DNA from: Gracilinanus agilis
Taxonomy: Eukaryota
Direction of reading: 5' to 3'
Assembly (NCBI RefSeq): GCF_016433145.1
Contig: NC_058135.1
Location: 277,155,697 to 277,219,696 of the forward strand
Length of the DNA stretch: 64,000 nt
Translations under genes and position numbers: made by a program
The notes under the pieces: generated by a model
What the model was told of the DNA's origin: nothing
What the model saw: the letters and a program-made list of their open reading frames with translations, nothing else
The model's database searches: none
Part shown: piece after piece, positions 1-12,470 of the stretch
Position numbering within the stretch: position 1 is the first letter of the stretch
Layout of the letters: every line of letters begins with the position of its first letter

Positions 1-703
1 GGAGTTGTATCCAGATTCCCTGGGATCCTGGAGAGTGGTGAAGGCTTACAGCAGAGGACATTAGACCTGCAGAACAGCACCGAGTAGGGAGTGGTTTTTG
101 ATCTGGTGGACAGCATTGCAAACTTTCTCTCCCTACCTGGATACCTTGGATCATCTGTTCTGGTGGAGTTGACTCCTGGCATCCTGAAACCATCCCTGGA
201 GTAGCCATGAGATCACAAGTAAAGCCATCCTCAGGTCCTTAGCTAAGCTGACCAAACCTGGCTGGAACCAGGTTGGGAGGAACTTTCCCCTTGTGACTCC
301 AGTACTGCTTTCTTTGGGCCCTGTCTTACTTAGATCTTAGAAGAGTGTAGTTAATTTCCTTTCCCTTGATCTTGTGGTTTGCCTGTAGTCTTTTAGTGTA
401 GGAAAACCCTATTCCCATCCTTTACCTTAGTTTGTCCCTGATTAAAATGTGTTGTTAAACTCTTGCCTTTACTTATCAGCTTCCATAGGCTCTGTCTTGT
501 TGATGCTGGGTGGCAGGTGGAGGCCAACAGCCATTTCTGTTACAGACATTGAAACAGCCTTTATAACCCAGACTCCCTACTTGTTGGGCCCCTTTCTGTC
601 ATTCCTGTCTCCCACACACCCACCTGACCCACATTTACTGTTTAAGGCACTTTCCCTGGTTTCTACCTTAAAAGAACCAAGTTAAAATATTGACCCCAAT
701 ACA
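1..703 (+). mobile_element. LTR (ERV-type), 5' part outside window
   Basis: Ends in ...ccccaatACA (703), has ATTAAA near 441, and shares motifs with the LTRs at 13723 and 42734. Family not determined. Confidence 0.5.
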
Positions 704-724
704 GAAATTACGTGATTGGAAAAA

Positions 725-900
725 TAAGGAGATGGGGTGGAGTCAAAATGGCAGTTTAGAAGCAGTGAAAACTGAAACCACATTGAAGATCCTATGAAAC
801 CAATCTTTTAAAAGTGCATCAAAATATCAGGAGTCAACAATTAACACCAAGACAGAGTGAGGGAATTCTCCCACTGAATACAACTTGAAAAGTAAACAGA
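725..900 (+). mobile_element. L1 5' region, host of the GSKIP retrocopy; continues at about 3290-3540
   Basis: Resembles the L1 5' start at 36950. The sequence reads continuously across the retrocopy once one TSD copy is removed. Confidence 0.45.
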
Positions 901-3289
901 GTGAGAACTCGGAGGAGGGAGGGAGTGGAGGTCCCATGCTCTGAAGGGCAGAATGGAAAGAGATTATAGTCACATGGAGTTTAGCAATAACACAGAAATT
1001 GGAGATTCTGAATTTCAAGATTTTGAAAGAACAGATGTAAAAGACATGAGATTAGAAGCTGAAGCTGTTGTGAATGATGTTCTTTTTGCTGTTAGCAACA
1101 TGTTTGTCTCCAAAAGCCTGCCTTGTTCAGATGATGTTGCGTATATCAATGTGGAAACAAGAGAAAGGAACAGATACTGCCTGGAACTCTCAGAAGCAGG
1201 GCTTACGGTAACTGGACATAATTTTTTTTTAAGATTCATTACTATTTTCACAAAATCTTTGGATAAATATAGGGAAATTGAAAACTTTGAAGGAACTTTT
1301 GGTTTAGGTTTGCTGTCAATGCCTATCATTTTTTTCAAATCCCATTTTCACACACAGTTAGATGGCCAGCAAGACTGCATTAATAATCCTGCTTGTTAGA
1401 TAAATTATTTTCTCATTGGGAATAAATGCCTGTGACACCTTGTACACTTGAATTCAAACCCTAATTTCAATTAAATCATAAGGGAGAGTCAAGTCTCTAA
1501 ATTTCTAAGAGGCCTCCTATTGATCTAGACCAACCCTCTTTGTCTTAGGAGATCTTAGCAAGAGGAGATACTACTACAGACTAAATGAGTGAGAAGAATA
1601 TGAAAGGTGGTGGATTATGCTTTTTACCATGTGAATGATAACATACAAACTCCCTACCATGAAATAGTATACTCTTTGTTGGATACCCTTAGTCCAGCAT
1701 ACTGAGAAGCATTTGGAAACACACTCCTAAGAAGACTGGAAGCTTTGAAACAAGATGGACAGTCATAATTTACTCAACATTATAAACTTATCTGTTAGGC
1801 TTGCTGCTGGAAACTTAAAATTTAAAACCTAGATTCTTGCTAATGAATATAATATAGAGTCATTTTTCTTTTGTTTTTCAGCATTACTGCTTGCTTCAGA
1901 TATAAACTTCTCAAGCACTATTAATAATAAACTATTCTTGTTACTTCGCTTCCACCTAGGGAATTTGGCAGCCCTTAATTTGTGATATAGATCATGAATA
2001 TGTTTAAATTTCTTTTGAATACTACTGCATTTTGAAAGCAAAACAGTATTTTACTATGAAAATGCAGGGTTTAATGCATCTAGTACTACATATGGAATTC
2101 TAGACTTGATTAATAAAATTGGCATTCTAATTAATTCTCTACAATTTTAATCCAGCTTACTAAATCAGGGGTTCAATATTAGCTTGGACTGAATTTGTAG
2201 TGATTATTTTGCTACTGGCCTTACAGGGAACAAATTATCAACTAGTTTCCCCTGCACAAACTTTAAAATTGCTTAAACTATCTATACTAGTTTGAAATGA
2301 TAAAATTAATTAATTGTATATAACTTATCTAGTATTATTGTGCTAATTGACACGGGGATTAGTATAATTATATGTATCCTACTTGCAACAGTCAGCCAGC
2401 TAAATAAAGTTTAAGCCTTTAGCCTATGAATGTAAAAATTACTATCTAATCTCCAAGATACCTAAGCACAGAATATGAAAATAGGCTCCATCTTTTTTTC
2501 TTAATAAAGGACACCATAAAATTGCATTGTTAAAAAGATATCTGTTTTCCTAGGAAACAATATTTTGACCCATGTCGATTCTTATTTTTCTGGATATTTG
2601 TTTACATACTGTACAGTGTTTATATATTCAAAAGTATTTTTGCTTCAATGTTTACTTTCTAAAATGTAGTACTTTGGTATCCTGTAATGCTTCCCTTTTT
2701 CCCTTCAAATGTACAGTGTTTTGTCTCAATGCTAAATCTACAATTTAATAATGCATTGTATGGGTTTGAAACCAAAGGACATATGAAGCATTCAAAGACT
2801 AATATTTGAAAAAGGGATACTCTGTATTTTGTATTTTATTTCAAGTACTAATATTTGTAAGTTTATTTAACTGAATCATGCTGCTATGTGTTTTCAGGTA
2901 TATGTTGGATAAGGGAAATCGGGATTGGTTTTTAAATAGTCAGCTAACACCACAGTAGAAGTAAAACTCAATGCCTGGATATGCTTCTTAAGTCTACTGA
3001 AATTACAGATGTTACTCTTTGTTTAGTAATAAAAGATATCATTTTTGTTCTGACTAAGTATTAATTTGTATAGGCCAGAGGAAACTAAAAATTAATTTGG
3101 ATGACTTCTATAGTCATACCTTATTAGGATGTTTTCATTAAATTTCAGAAGACACATTTTTAGCTTTGTTTTCAATGCTTAGCAGTAAAAAAATCTACAT
3201 TTGAGTTAGAATTACTCATTCTTAGGCTAAATGTAATAAATCTGAATAAATTTTTCCTCATTTTTAGCTAAGCACAAGGAAAAAAAAAA
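901..3289 (+). pseudogene. GSKIP: GSKIP (GSK3B-interacting protein) retrocopy, semi-processed
   Basis: 953-1207 encodes GSKIP residues ~1-86 ([36 protein letters not shown]). 1607-1768 encodes [52 protein letters not shown], with a premature TGA at 1703-1705. AATAAA at 3235 and 3245, A10 tail at 3280-3289, 13-bp TSD AAAAGTAAACAGA at 888-900 and 3286-3298. Confidence 0.93.
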
Positions 3290-3544
3290 GTAAACAGACT
3301 CAATTTTCATAGGTTAAAGGGGAACCAGAAGCAAAACTGTACACAGAGGAGTTTTAGCCAACCACTCTTCTTCCATCTACTGCAGCAGGTTCTGAACCTG
3401 GGCATAGGTGCATCTTGGGACAGCAGAACACCCCACAAACCAGACCCATCCCTTCAAGTCCCAGGTCCTGGCACCAGTCTGAAGTGAAGCCTAGAAGTCC
3501 ATATTTGTTGGTTCATTCAAGCCTGCAGTGCTTGAAGGAATTAT

Positions 3545-5250
3545 TTGTACAAAAATAGTTAAAGCTACTCTGTTTGTGGTGGCAAAGAATTAGAAACTAA
3601 ATGGCTGTGCCTTAATTGGGGAATGGCTGAACAAATTGTACTATATGATGGTGATGGAATACTATTGTATCTTAAGGAATGATAAACAGAATGAATTCAG
3701 AAAGAGCTAGAAAGACTTTCATGAATGGATACAGAGTGAAATAAGCAGAACTAGGAGAACATTATACATAGTAATTGAACTATTTTGGAAATCTCAACAG
3801 TGATCAACTTTGCTATTAACAGCAATAAAATGATCCAGGAGAATTCTGAGGGACTTATGAAAAAGAATGCTATCTACTTTAAGAAAAAGAACTTTTATAG
3901 TAGAAATGTGGATGGAAACATATAATGTATTATATTTGTTGTTCATTTGGTTATATGTTTGGGGTTTTGGTTTTATAAAATTATTCAGTTATAAACATGA
4001 ATAATATAGAAATATTTTTATGTGATAATATATGTATAACCCTGATTGAATTGTTTGTCACCTCGAGGAGTGGGGAATGAAGAAGGGAAGGAGACAATAT
4101 AGATCATATAACTTTGAAAAACTTATTTGGAAATTTTTTATTAAAATAAAAAAAAACTAGAAGAAAAACAAAGCTGAATGGAAAAAAATATATCAAGAAT
4201 CTCTGGTAAAACTCTAATTTTCAAATATATAGAGAACTAAGCCAAATTTGTTTTATAAATATAAGTCATTCTTGAATTGATGAATTATCAAATGATATCA
4301 ACAGTTTTCAGATGAAGAAATCAAAGCCATCCATAGTCATATAAAGTGCTTTAGAATCACTCTTGATTGGAGAAATGCAAAGTAAGACAATTATGAGGTA
4401 CTATCTCACACCTATCAGAATGGCTAATATGACAGAAAAGGACAAAAGTTAAATATTGGATGTAATGCATGAAAACTGGAATACTAAAACACTGTTGATG
4501 ATATTGTAAGTTCATCCAACCATTCTGGAAAACAGTTTGGAACAATTTAGTCTCAAAGGACTCTAAAACTATCCATAGCCTTTGATTCATAAATACTATT
4601 ACTAGTTCTATATAACAAAGACATCAAAAAGGAGAAAGGCACCATTTGCACAAAAAATATTCATTACAGTTCTTTTTGTGGGGGTAAAAAATTAGAAATT
4701 GGGGAGTTGTTTATAAATTGGGGAATGATTTAACCAATTGTGGTATATGATTATGATGGAATACTATTGTGCCATAAAAATGGACAAACAACGATTTCAG
4801 AAAAAATTGAAAAAGCAAGATATGAATTGATGCAAAGTGAAGTTAGGAGAATCTGAAGAACATTGTACAAAATAATAGCATTATTTTTTTGAGGAACAAT
4901 TGTGAATGACCTAATTATTCTGATTAATAGAGTGAACCAAAATATTCCCAGAGAGTCATGATGTAAGATGCCATCTGCCTTCTGAGAAAGAATTGATGGA
5001 GTCTGACTGCAGACTAAAACATTATATATTACACTTTTTTTTCCTTTTCATTTCAGATCTCTAACAAAAAATGACTAATATATAAAAATGTTTTACATGA
5101 TTGCACATGCAAAGTATCTAATAGCTTGCTTATCATTTTGAGGGCAGGGCAGAAGTGGGAGAGAGGGTCAGAAATATAACATAATGAATATGTGAAATGT
5201 TTTACATCTGAATGGGAAAAATAAATAAATAAAATTGTAGCCATTAAAAA
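3545..5250 (+). mobile_element. Old L1 3' fragments (ORF2 C-terminus and 3' UTR, at least two copies)
   Basis: L1 3' motifs (gaatggctgaacaaattgt, ggaatactattg, tatctcacacctatcagaatggcta); A-rich tails near 4145-4170 and 5220. Confidence 0.8.
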
Positions 5251-5999
5251 TAACTCATCTTTCTAATATAAAGATAATGGAGTCAAATTTATAAAAATCA
5301 ATACTATTCACATGCTTATAAATAGCCAAAGGATATAAATAGTTTTTAGAAAAAATAATCAGTTATCTATAGGCACAAGATAAGTGGTCTAAATCACTAC
5401 AAATTAGAGAAATGCAAAGTGAAGCAGCTCTTAGTTATTAAATTTTAGCTATCAGAGTAGCTAATATTATAGAAAAGGGAAATTATCAATGCTATAGATG
5501 ATATGGAAAAATTTGAATACTAAATCACCGTTGGTTGAATTGTGAAATTGTCTAAATATTCTGGAGAACAATTTGGAATGATACCCAAAGGGCTATCAAA
5601 TTGTAAATTCCCTTTCACCCAACAATACTAGGGCTAGGTCTCTATCTCAAAGTCATCAAACTAAAGGAAAAAGGAAGTGAAAAGAATCTGCAAACCATTG
5701 TCAACTTTACTGTACAATACTGTGCATACTTTCTTATTAACTTTACCTTTCATTTCATAAGCCTATTTACCTTGGTATAATATTTAATGTTTCCATTTTA
5801 GTAAGTTTTGAAAATTGCATCAAGTTATAATTTTTATATGACTTTGTTATACATTAAGTGAAGTGGGTATAGAGGGGCACACTTTTGTTATATAAAAATT
5901 GCTTTACATGAGATTTGTTAAATGATCAACTCAAGTAATGTCAGAATTGTCTATGTAAAGACATTTTTTTGCTTATATAAATGTAGACACATAAAAAAA

Positions 6000-6260
6000 G
6001 AGGCAGCTTTTGGCATGTTAGAGTCAAGAAGGTCTGGAGTCAAGAAGGGCTAAGTTCAAATTTGGCCTCAGAAACTTATTAACTATGTGACCTGGGGACC
6101 AATAACTTAACTTCTGTTTCCTTCAGTTTTCTCAACTATAAAGTGAGCATTAAAATAGCATCTTACTTGTAAGGTTGTTGTGAGGAACAAATGAGATAAT
6201 ATTTCCAAATCCTTTGCCCTAGTTCCAGATATATATTAAGTACTTAATGTTTGTTCCCTT
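6000..6260 (+). mobile_element. MIR/CORE-SINE
   Basis: CORE motif gttcaaatttggcctcagaaacttattaactatgtgacc...cagttttctcaactataaa; paralogous copy near 22620-22850. Confidence 0.7.
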
Positions 6261-6916
6261 CCTTTCCTATATCTGGTGCTTGATACTTTTTCCCCAAAAT
6301 TCTTTCCTGTCCTTTATCTGTCTACACTGGAAGCTCTGAGATCCATCAGGGAAGCCCAAATTATATGAAAAAATGTCTTCTTTGACGATGTATACTATTC
6401 ACTAATCTGAAAAGGGAGTCATAAGGAAGGAGAGTTCTTCCAGATCACTTGATCAAAGATCACATAAATTGGACAATTTAGAGAGAGGAATCAAAGACAA
6501 AACTAAGTTTTAAACCTGAATAAATGTGTTTTTCAAAATGGAGGATCCTTAGGAGATTCACAAATAGAAAAAAAAGTTATCATGTAGTTGTGGTTTTCTA
6601 TTCTCCAGTGTCCAATGGCAAAGCAAATGTTATTCATCACATTAATATCATTTGCAATCCTGGGCCTGCCCTATTATAAGCTTCTGATTTTTAGCCATTG
6701 ACAATACAAGGATTTTGATGACAAGGATATTATTTTCTGGTTCTTTAGTAGTTATAACTAAAATGACTGCAAATGTAAAAGTCTGTCTACATGATCGGTA
6801 CTAGGTCCTGAACTGTCATCAAGATCCTGATGGAGGTGGTAGTGGAAGTGATGTTGATGGCCACCTGATACAAAATGCTTCCTGTCTCCCCCAGTGTTCC
6901 TAACTACTGTATAACT

Positions 6917-6926
6917 TCCCAAGGGA
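6917..6926. promoter_or_regulatory. Candidate O/E (EBF) binding site
   Basis: TCCCAAGGGA matches TCCCNNGGGA, 7.9 kb upstream of the OR at 14794. It is degraded in copy 2 (ttcctaaggaaa near 24168). Motif match only. Confidence 0.2.
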
Positions 6927-7135
6927 GAATTTCAGTACTAGTCATAGTGATCTCAAGTGTCCTACTATATCCACTCTTCCACCAACTGGCATTAAAATAT
7001 CTAACAATTACAAACTGTCACTCTTGATTCTTGAAACTTTTCCCTTTAATGTACTGGGTACTTCAACCAAATTGATGTTCTTGCTGTTCTTCTTTTAAAA
7101 AAATCATTTTTTTCTCTACATTCCATTATTTAGGG

Positions 7136-7378
7136 CAGCATTGGTGAACATTTTCAACTTTGCATACCCAAACTACAACTTCAAGCTGCCTGTGGGCCCC
7201 CTGCATTACCCCAGAGAGAGGAGGAGGGAGGAAAAGCTCACTTTGGGCTGCTGGATGGAGGAAAGGCAGAGAATGCAAAAATAATGTCCTCAGGCACAAT
7301 GAAGAGGGTGAAGGGAGCATCTCCCCCAGTGCTGGCTCCCCATACATGCAAATGCTTTGCTGGTATAGGGTGTACCAT
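7136..7378 (+). mobile_element. hAT MITE, OposCharlie1/OC1-like
   Basis: Starts cagcattggtgaac (compare the OC1 TIR CAGTGATGGCGAAC as I recall it) with a GC-rich body. Right TIR degraded. Absent at the paralogous position in copy 2. Confidence 0.6.
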
Positions 7379-8362
7379 ATTTTCTTGTGTAATGAATGCA
7401 ATTCTCTGAAGGTTTAATTTTTAGTTTAAAAATATCAATGTATTAATCTGCTGCAAAAGAAAAATCTAACTAGCCAACATAATCCTTCACAGTGCAAATA
7501 TATGCCACAGAACTTGAGTCATGTAGCCAAAATGGACCAGAGAGAACAAGAAAGCTATGGCCCAAGCATGAGTAAAATCAACACCTAGAGGGGAGATCAG
7601 GACCAGAAGCTTAAGTGTAAGCAAAATCATAGTCTAGTCTGAGCTAGGGGAGCTGGGCAGGTTAAAAACAAAAAAGCAAAAAAAAATGTCCTATCTTACA
7701 ATCCAATATATATATGTATATCCCTTCTGATGTCATTGCTCTGTCCCTAGATAGGATATTTTGATTAGAGAGTAGTCATTAAGGGAATTACCTCAGAGAC
7801 TTCAACTCCTCCCTTACCACTTCATTACAAAAAGAGGCAGGTCTCAGTAGGACACCAAGAAACTCTCTTCCTCCATTTCAGTTGATAGAAACCTTCCCAA
7901 CAGAGCAGCTGCCTAGCTGATTTTGTTACCCAATAAAGTCCTGATTTACAGATACACAGGGAATAAGAATAAGCCTCTGTTCTTCCAGTTTTTACAACTT
8001 CACAGAAGGGAGGACCCAATCCAGTTTCATAGACATGGGAGTGATGGTTTTATACTTTTAAAAAGTCAAACTATTCTGGGTTGCCAAAAGAAGCACCATT
8101 TATCAAACAAAAAATCTTAATTCAATATTAATCTACCTCATATACCCCACTCACTCTTCATCTAGAATTCAAAGATTAAATTAAGTAGATTTTCACATGA
8201 CACTTCTCTTAATCTCTCCTGCCACCATCATAAATGTTGCAAAGACAATAGGACTTCCCTATAAATTACCTTGTAATGACTTTGTGTATATATGGTTTAC
8301 CAGTTTCCCCTATAGAATTTAAGTTCTTGGAGGGAAAACTTTTGTATTCTAGGGTTGGTGCT

Positions 8363-8858
8363 GTGTGAAGTATATTATTTAGGGGACATTGGTCTTGAGT
8401 ATGGAATCTAGCTCTGGCATCAGCATCAGGGTCACTGTGAGCACTAACGTGAACATCAACACGCAATATCACCAGAGAGGGAGGAGCCAGAGTGTTTTTA
8501 AAGGCAAACCCAGGGAAGGAGAGGGTCATTTTAACTTCTGCTCTTGAACAGATTGACTTCCTGGGCTGGCACTTGGCAAGCAACAGCACAGTCTGGAGGT
8601 GACCAAGTTGGACTGAAATCTGGGACCCTATCTTCCCTTAAATTAGTNNNNNNNNNNNNNNNNNNNNNNNNNNNNNNNNNNNNNNNNNNNNNNNNNNNNN
8701 NNNNNNNNNNNNNNNNNNNNNNNNNNNNNNNNNNNNNNNNNNNNNNNNNNNNNNNNNNNNNNNNNNNNNNNNNNNNNNNNNNNNNNNNNNNNNNNNNNNN
8801 NNNNNNNNNNNNNTATAAATCTGATGCTGAGATGCCAGATAACTTTTTATTTGTTTCA
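8363..8858 (+). mobile_element. Probable solo LTR, spans a gap
   Basis: TG...CA ends and LTR-like composition (tttttaaagg, gacttcctgg). Not seen in copy 2. Confidence 0.4.
8648..8813. other. Assembly gap
   Basis: Run of N. Confidence 1.
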
Positions 8859-9078
8859 GTGCCATGTGAGTAGAGCATGCATAAAGCCTTAACATGAGAT
8901 TGGTAACTAATCAATTACTCTAATTCACTAATAAAACACAAGTAAATCAGTTAATGACAAATATATTAATTATTTCAATTTTGTTAGTGATCTCAATTAA
9001 TGCTCAAAATGATCTTGTGAGATAAACTTTCCCCAAAATGGAAGTCTACCTAAATTCATGCATATGATTAAAGGCAGA

Positions 9079-9300
9079 TGTGTGAGATATATAAGAATGA
9101 ACAGAGCCAACTAACCAATGTTATGATAGAAGGGAGAGCAAGAGAGTCTATGAGCAGAGACTCTCTTCTAGCTCTCCCCTCCCACTGAATATACTCAAAT
9201 GCATAGGGGTCCTTTGAGAAACTTAGGCAAGGGGAAGAACACCCAAGCCTATTCGTAGTAAGGCTCTTAGAGGCAGGAGAAACCTTCCCCCATCCTTACA
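9079..9300. mobile_element. Short LTR-like insertion (TG...CA)
   Basis: About 220 bp absent from copy 2, where the flanks join near 26370. Confidence 0.4.
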
Positions 9301-12231
9301 GGTACAACCAAGGCCTCTTGCCTTCTCTCTAATATTTTTTCCATAACACAACATCCCAAACTGACTAATTAAGGTCAAATGGAATTAGGTCCCACAATGC
9401 ATGGATTGGAGGCCTCCATTCCTTAATGATTTTAAAGCTTGTAAATACAATTAATGAAGATGTGTTATTCCCTTGAGAATTGTGACTTTTTTTTAAATCC
9501 ACATAGGGTTTCCTGCTTGGGTCCAAAGGGAAAGAAGAAAAAATAAATCCCTCAGTTTTCAGAATAATTTTGTGCAGAGGCAGAACAATTTTATTTCTAA
9601 CAACAATGATAGGTGGACTGGGTGAATCTAGTCTCTTTATTTCTCTTCTAGATTGTTCTGCTTCTCCTTGGGCAAAGTGTGAGTAGAGTGAATATTTACA
9701 ATGGAGAATCTGAAATAACATATACTATAGCAAAATTTAAAAAAAATTAATTGGATGTGTTCTTCAGGGTATCTGAATAAGAATGCCCTGAGAAAAGAGC
9801 AGCAATCAGTCATGGAATCCTAGAACTTGAGGGGGAAAAAGGATATTGACCAGTAGTGTGGATGAGTGGAAGGAGCACTAAACTTGAATTCGGAAGACCA
9901 GGATTTGACTTCTGACTCTGAGGCTTAACTGTGTTGCCTTGTCCAAGTTATGTCAGTTTTTTCAGCCTTATTTCAAGTATCCCATACAGATAACAATGCC
10001 TATAGGACATTCCTTCCAGGTTTGTAAAGAGGGGACAGAGGGCATAAATATTTACAAAGTACCTACTTGAAATGTACTGTTTGTGTGTGTAAGTGTTTTT
10101 ACACATATTATTTTATTTGATCTCATTAATAGAAGGGAAGTTCTCTGGAAAGTATAAAACACTGTAGAAATGTGTAGTTAATATTACCTACTCCATCTCT
10201 CCTAAAACCATTTCTTTTCTTTTTCTTTTTTCTGCTTCCCACGGATTATTGTAACATTATTTTTGATCGGCATCCTTTCTACCAACTATTTTCTTCAAGA
10301 AATAATTCACCATTACGATAACCGGCAACTAAAATCATCACATATATCTCATCTACCTGTGAGTATGAAAATATATTCAGTAAGAAGATTTATTAAAGAC
10401 TTCAATGGATTTGTGATCTAAGTCACATGGGTATAATCTTGAGTGGTTCAGATAGCAAGTCACCCACATCTTATGTACCCAATCAAATTGTAAGTAATAT
10501 GATGACATGTGGTCTTTCTTATCCCCTCAACCTTGAGTTGATAAATATCTCAAATTTGACATGTTAAAAATGGAATTCATTTTTTAAACCACCAAACTCA
10601 TCCTTATACCAGGTGGTCTTCTTTCTACTGAGCAAACCACAATCTTTTCAGGCATCCATATTCACAATCAAAGAATCAATCATTCTTGAATCTCTGCTCT
10701 CTCTCACTCATCTCCCCTGTCACATTCAGTTAATTTGTTGCCTTGGCTTGTAAATTTTTTCTATATTTCATTTCACAATCATTTTCTTATCCTCTCACAA
10801 ATCTTCCTGTTCAAGAAGCCCCATGAGGATGCTAAAGGTCTGCCTTTAGATCTCTTGATATTATCTTAGTTACAGTGCAACATGCCAACTATCCATATGC
10901 TATCCCTCACTCCCAATATATAATTATTCTCTTTCCAAGTCATGCTTTTGGTAATATATTTATGACATTGTTGAATAATATTTCATTAGTAATAGGTGGC
11001 AACCTAATCCTATATGATAAAGCTCTGGATAAACTGAGTCATGAAATTCATCGCACATTCTGTGAGGTTTGGTGCTATGGAATCTCAGTATTCTTTGATA
11101 AGTAAATTCACAGAAAGTAAAACCTGCCAACTGGTTTGTAGGAATATGAAATTTGACATTTCCAGAATGAACCTCATAATACTACTTCCTAAATTTATCT
11201 CTCCCTAAGCTTGCTAAGAGAAAGGTCAGAGTAAAGAAGATAGATTAGAATGCAGGCCTAAATTAGGAAGAAGGCTATTGTAATAGTTCAGATGAACAGT
11301 AAGGGTGTGAATGTAGGTTGTGGTTGTGCCAGTAGAGAGAAGGGCACATATTCAAAAGATGTTTGGGGCAGAAAAAATGGCAAGATTTGGCATATTGTTG
11401 GATACATAAGATAAAAGACATTGAAGAGTCAAGTTTACTATTAAGATTGTGATCTTGGGTGGCTGAGAGTATGGTTCTTTCTCCCTGATGGGGATACTTG
11501 AAAAAGATATAATATTAGGAGGAAAGATATTGAAGGCTATCTTTCACATGAGTTTGAAATGATGCCATTAGGGCATTTAGTTTAAAATGTCCAATATATG
11601 ATTTGTGATATGAAACTAGAACTCGGGAGAACAATTAAGACACAATATATACATTTGGAAAGCAAGTCTTTATAAAACGTTAATTATGCCTTCTGAAATT
11701 TGATGGAATCACATTAAAAGGCATATCAAGAAAGAAATTTCATAAAAAAAACAGAGAGGAGATAGTATCCAGCATGAGAGGTTGTTCAATGATGATGGAA
11801 TAGATAATATTATCTCCACATTTCTATAATGGTCTAAATTTCCCAGAGAAGTATCTTCCTACAAATGAGATCAGATATGATAGAAAAGGAAAAGAAGAAT
11901 CTGAATTAATAAAAGGTTATTAGACTTCATAGTCCAGATAGCATTTGTAACCTACTCAGAGTTAATAAATATTATTTTACTTCATATAATCTGCGTTCTA
12001 GCCAAATTGGTCTATAGTCTATTCCCTGACATTGAAATTTCATTTCTTTTTTTTACCCAATTTGTGCCCTTGAAGAAACTGTCCAATATAACTGAAATGC
12101 AGTCCCTCTTCATTCTTTCCTATCTAAAGAATTAACTTCCTTAAAGTCTCATCTCAGATACTTCTTATTATGTATATGAATATATAGAATATATATTTAT
12201 TATCTATACTATTATATACATACTTGCCATC

Positions 12232-12232
12232 T

Positions 12233-12287
<55 letters not shown>

Positions 12288-12470
12288 TATTTTTTAAACC
12301 CTTAACTTCTGTGTATTGGCTCCTAAGTGGAAGAATGGTAAGGGTGGGCAATGGGGGTGAAGTGACTTGCCCAGGGTCACAGAGCTGGGAAGTGTCTGAG
12401 GCCGGATTTGAACCTAGGACCTCCCGTCTCTAGGCCTGACTCTCAATACACTGAGCGACCCACCTGCCCC
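12232..12470 (-). mobile_element. SINE1_Mdo-like tRNA-derived SINE with (TAAA)n tail
   Basis: Reverse strand reads ggggcaggtgggtcgctcagtg...ggttcaaatcc; (ttta)n at 12232-12290. Confidence 0.9.

Noticed and set aside
1015-1338. 107-aa minus-strand ORF
   Set aside because: Antisense shadow of the GSKIP-derived ORF; no independent homology.
953-1768. Functional parental GSKIP gene with a real intron
   Set aside because: Flanked by a TSD, ends in poly(A), has an in-frame stop in the last exon, lacks a polypyrimidine tract at the last exon, and sits inside an L1 in an OR cluster.
8531-8914. ORFs spanning N-runs (also 24621-25482 and 58957-59274)
   Set aside because: Artefacts of translating assembly gaps.
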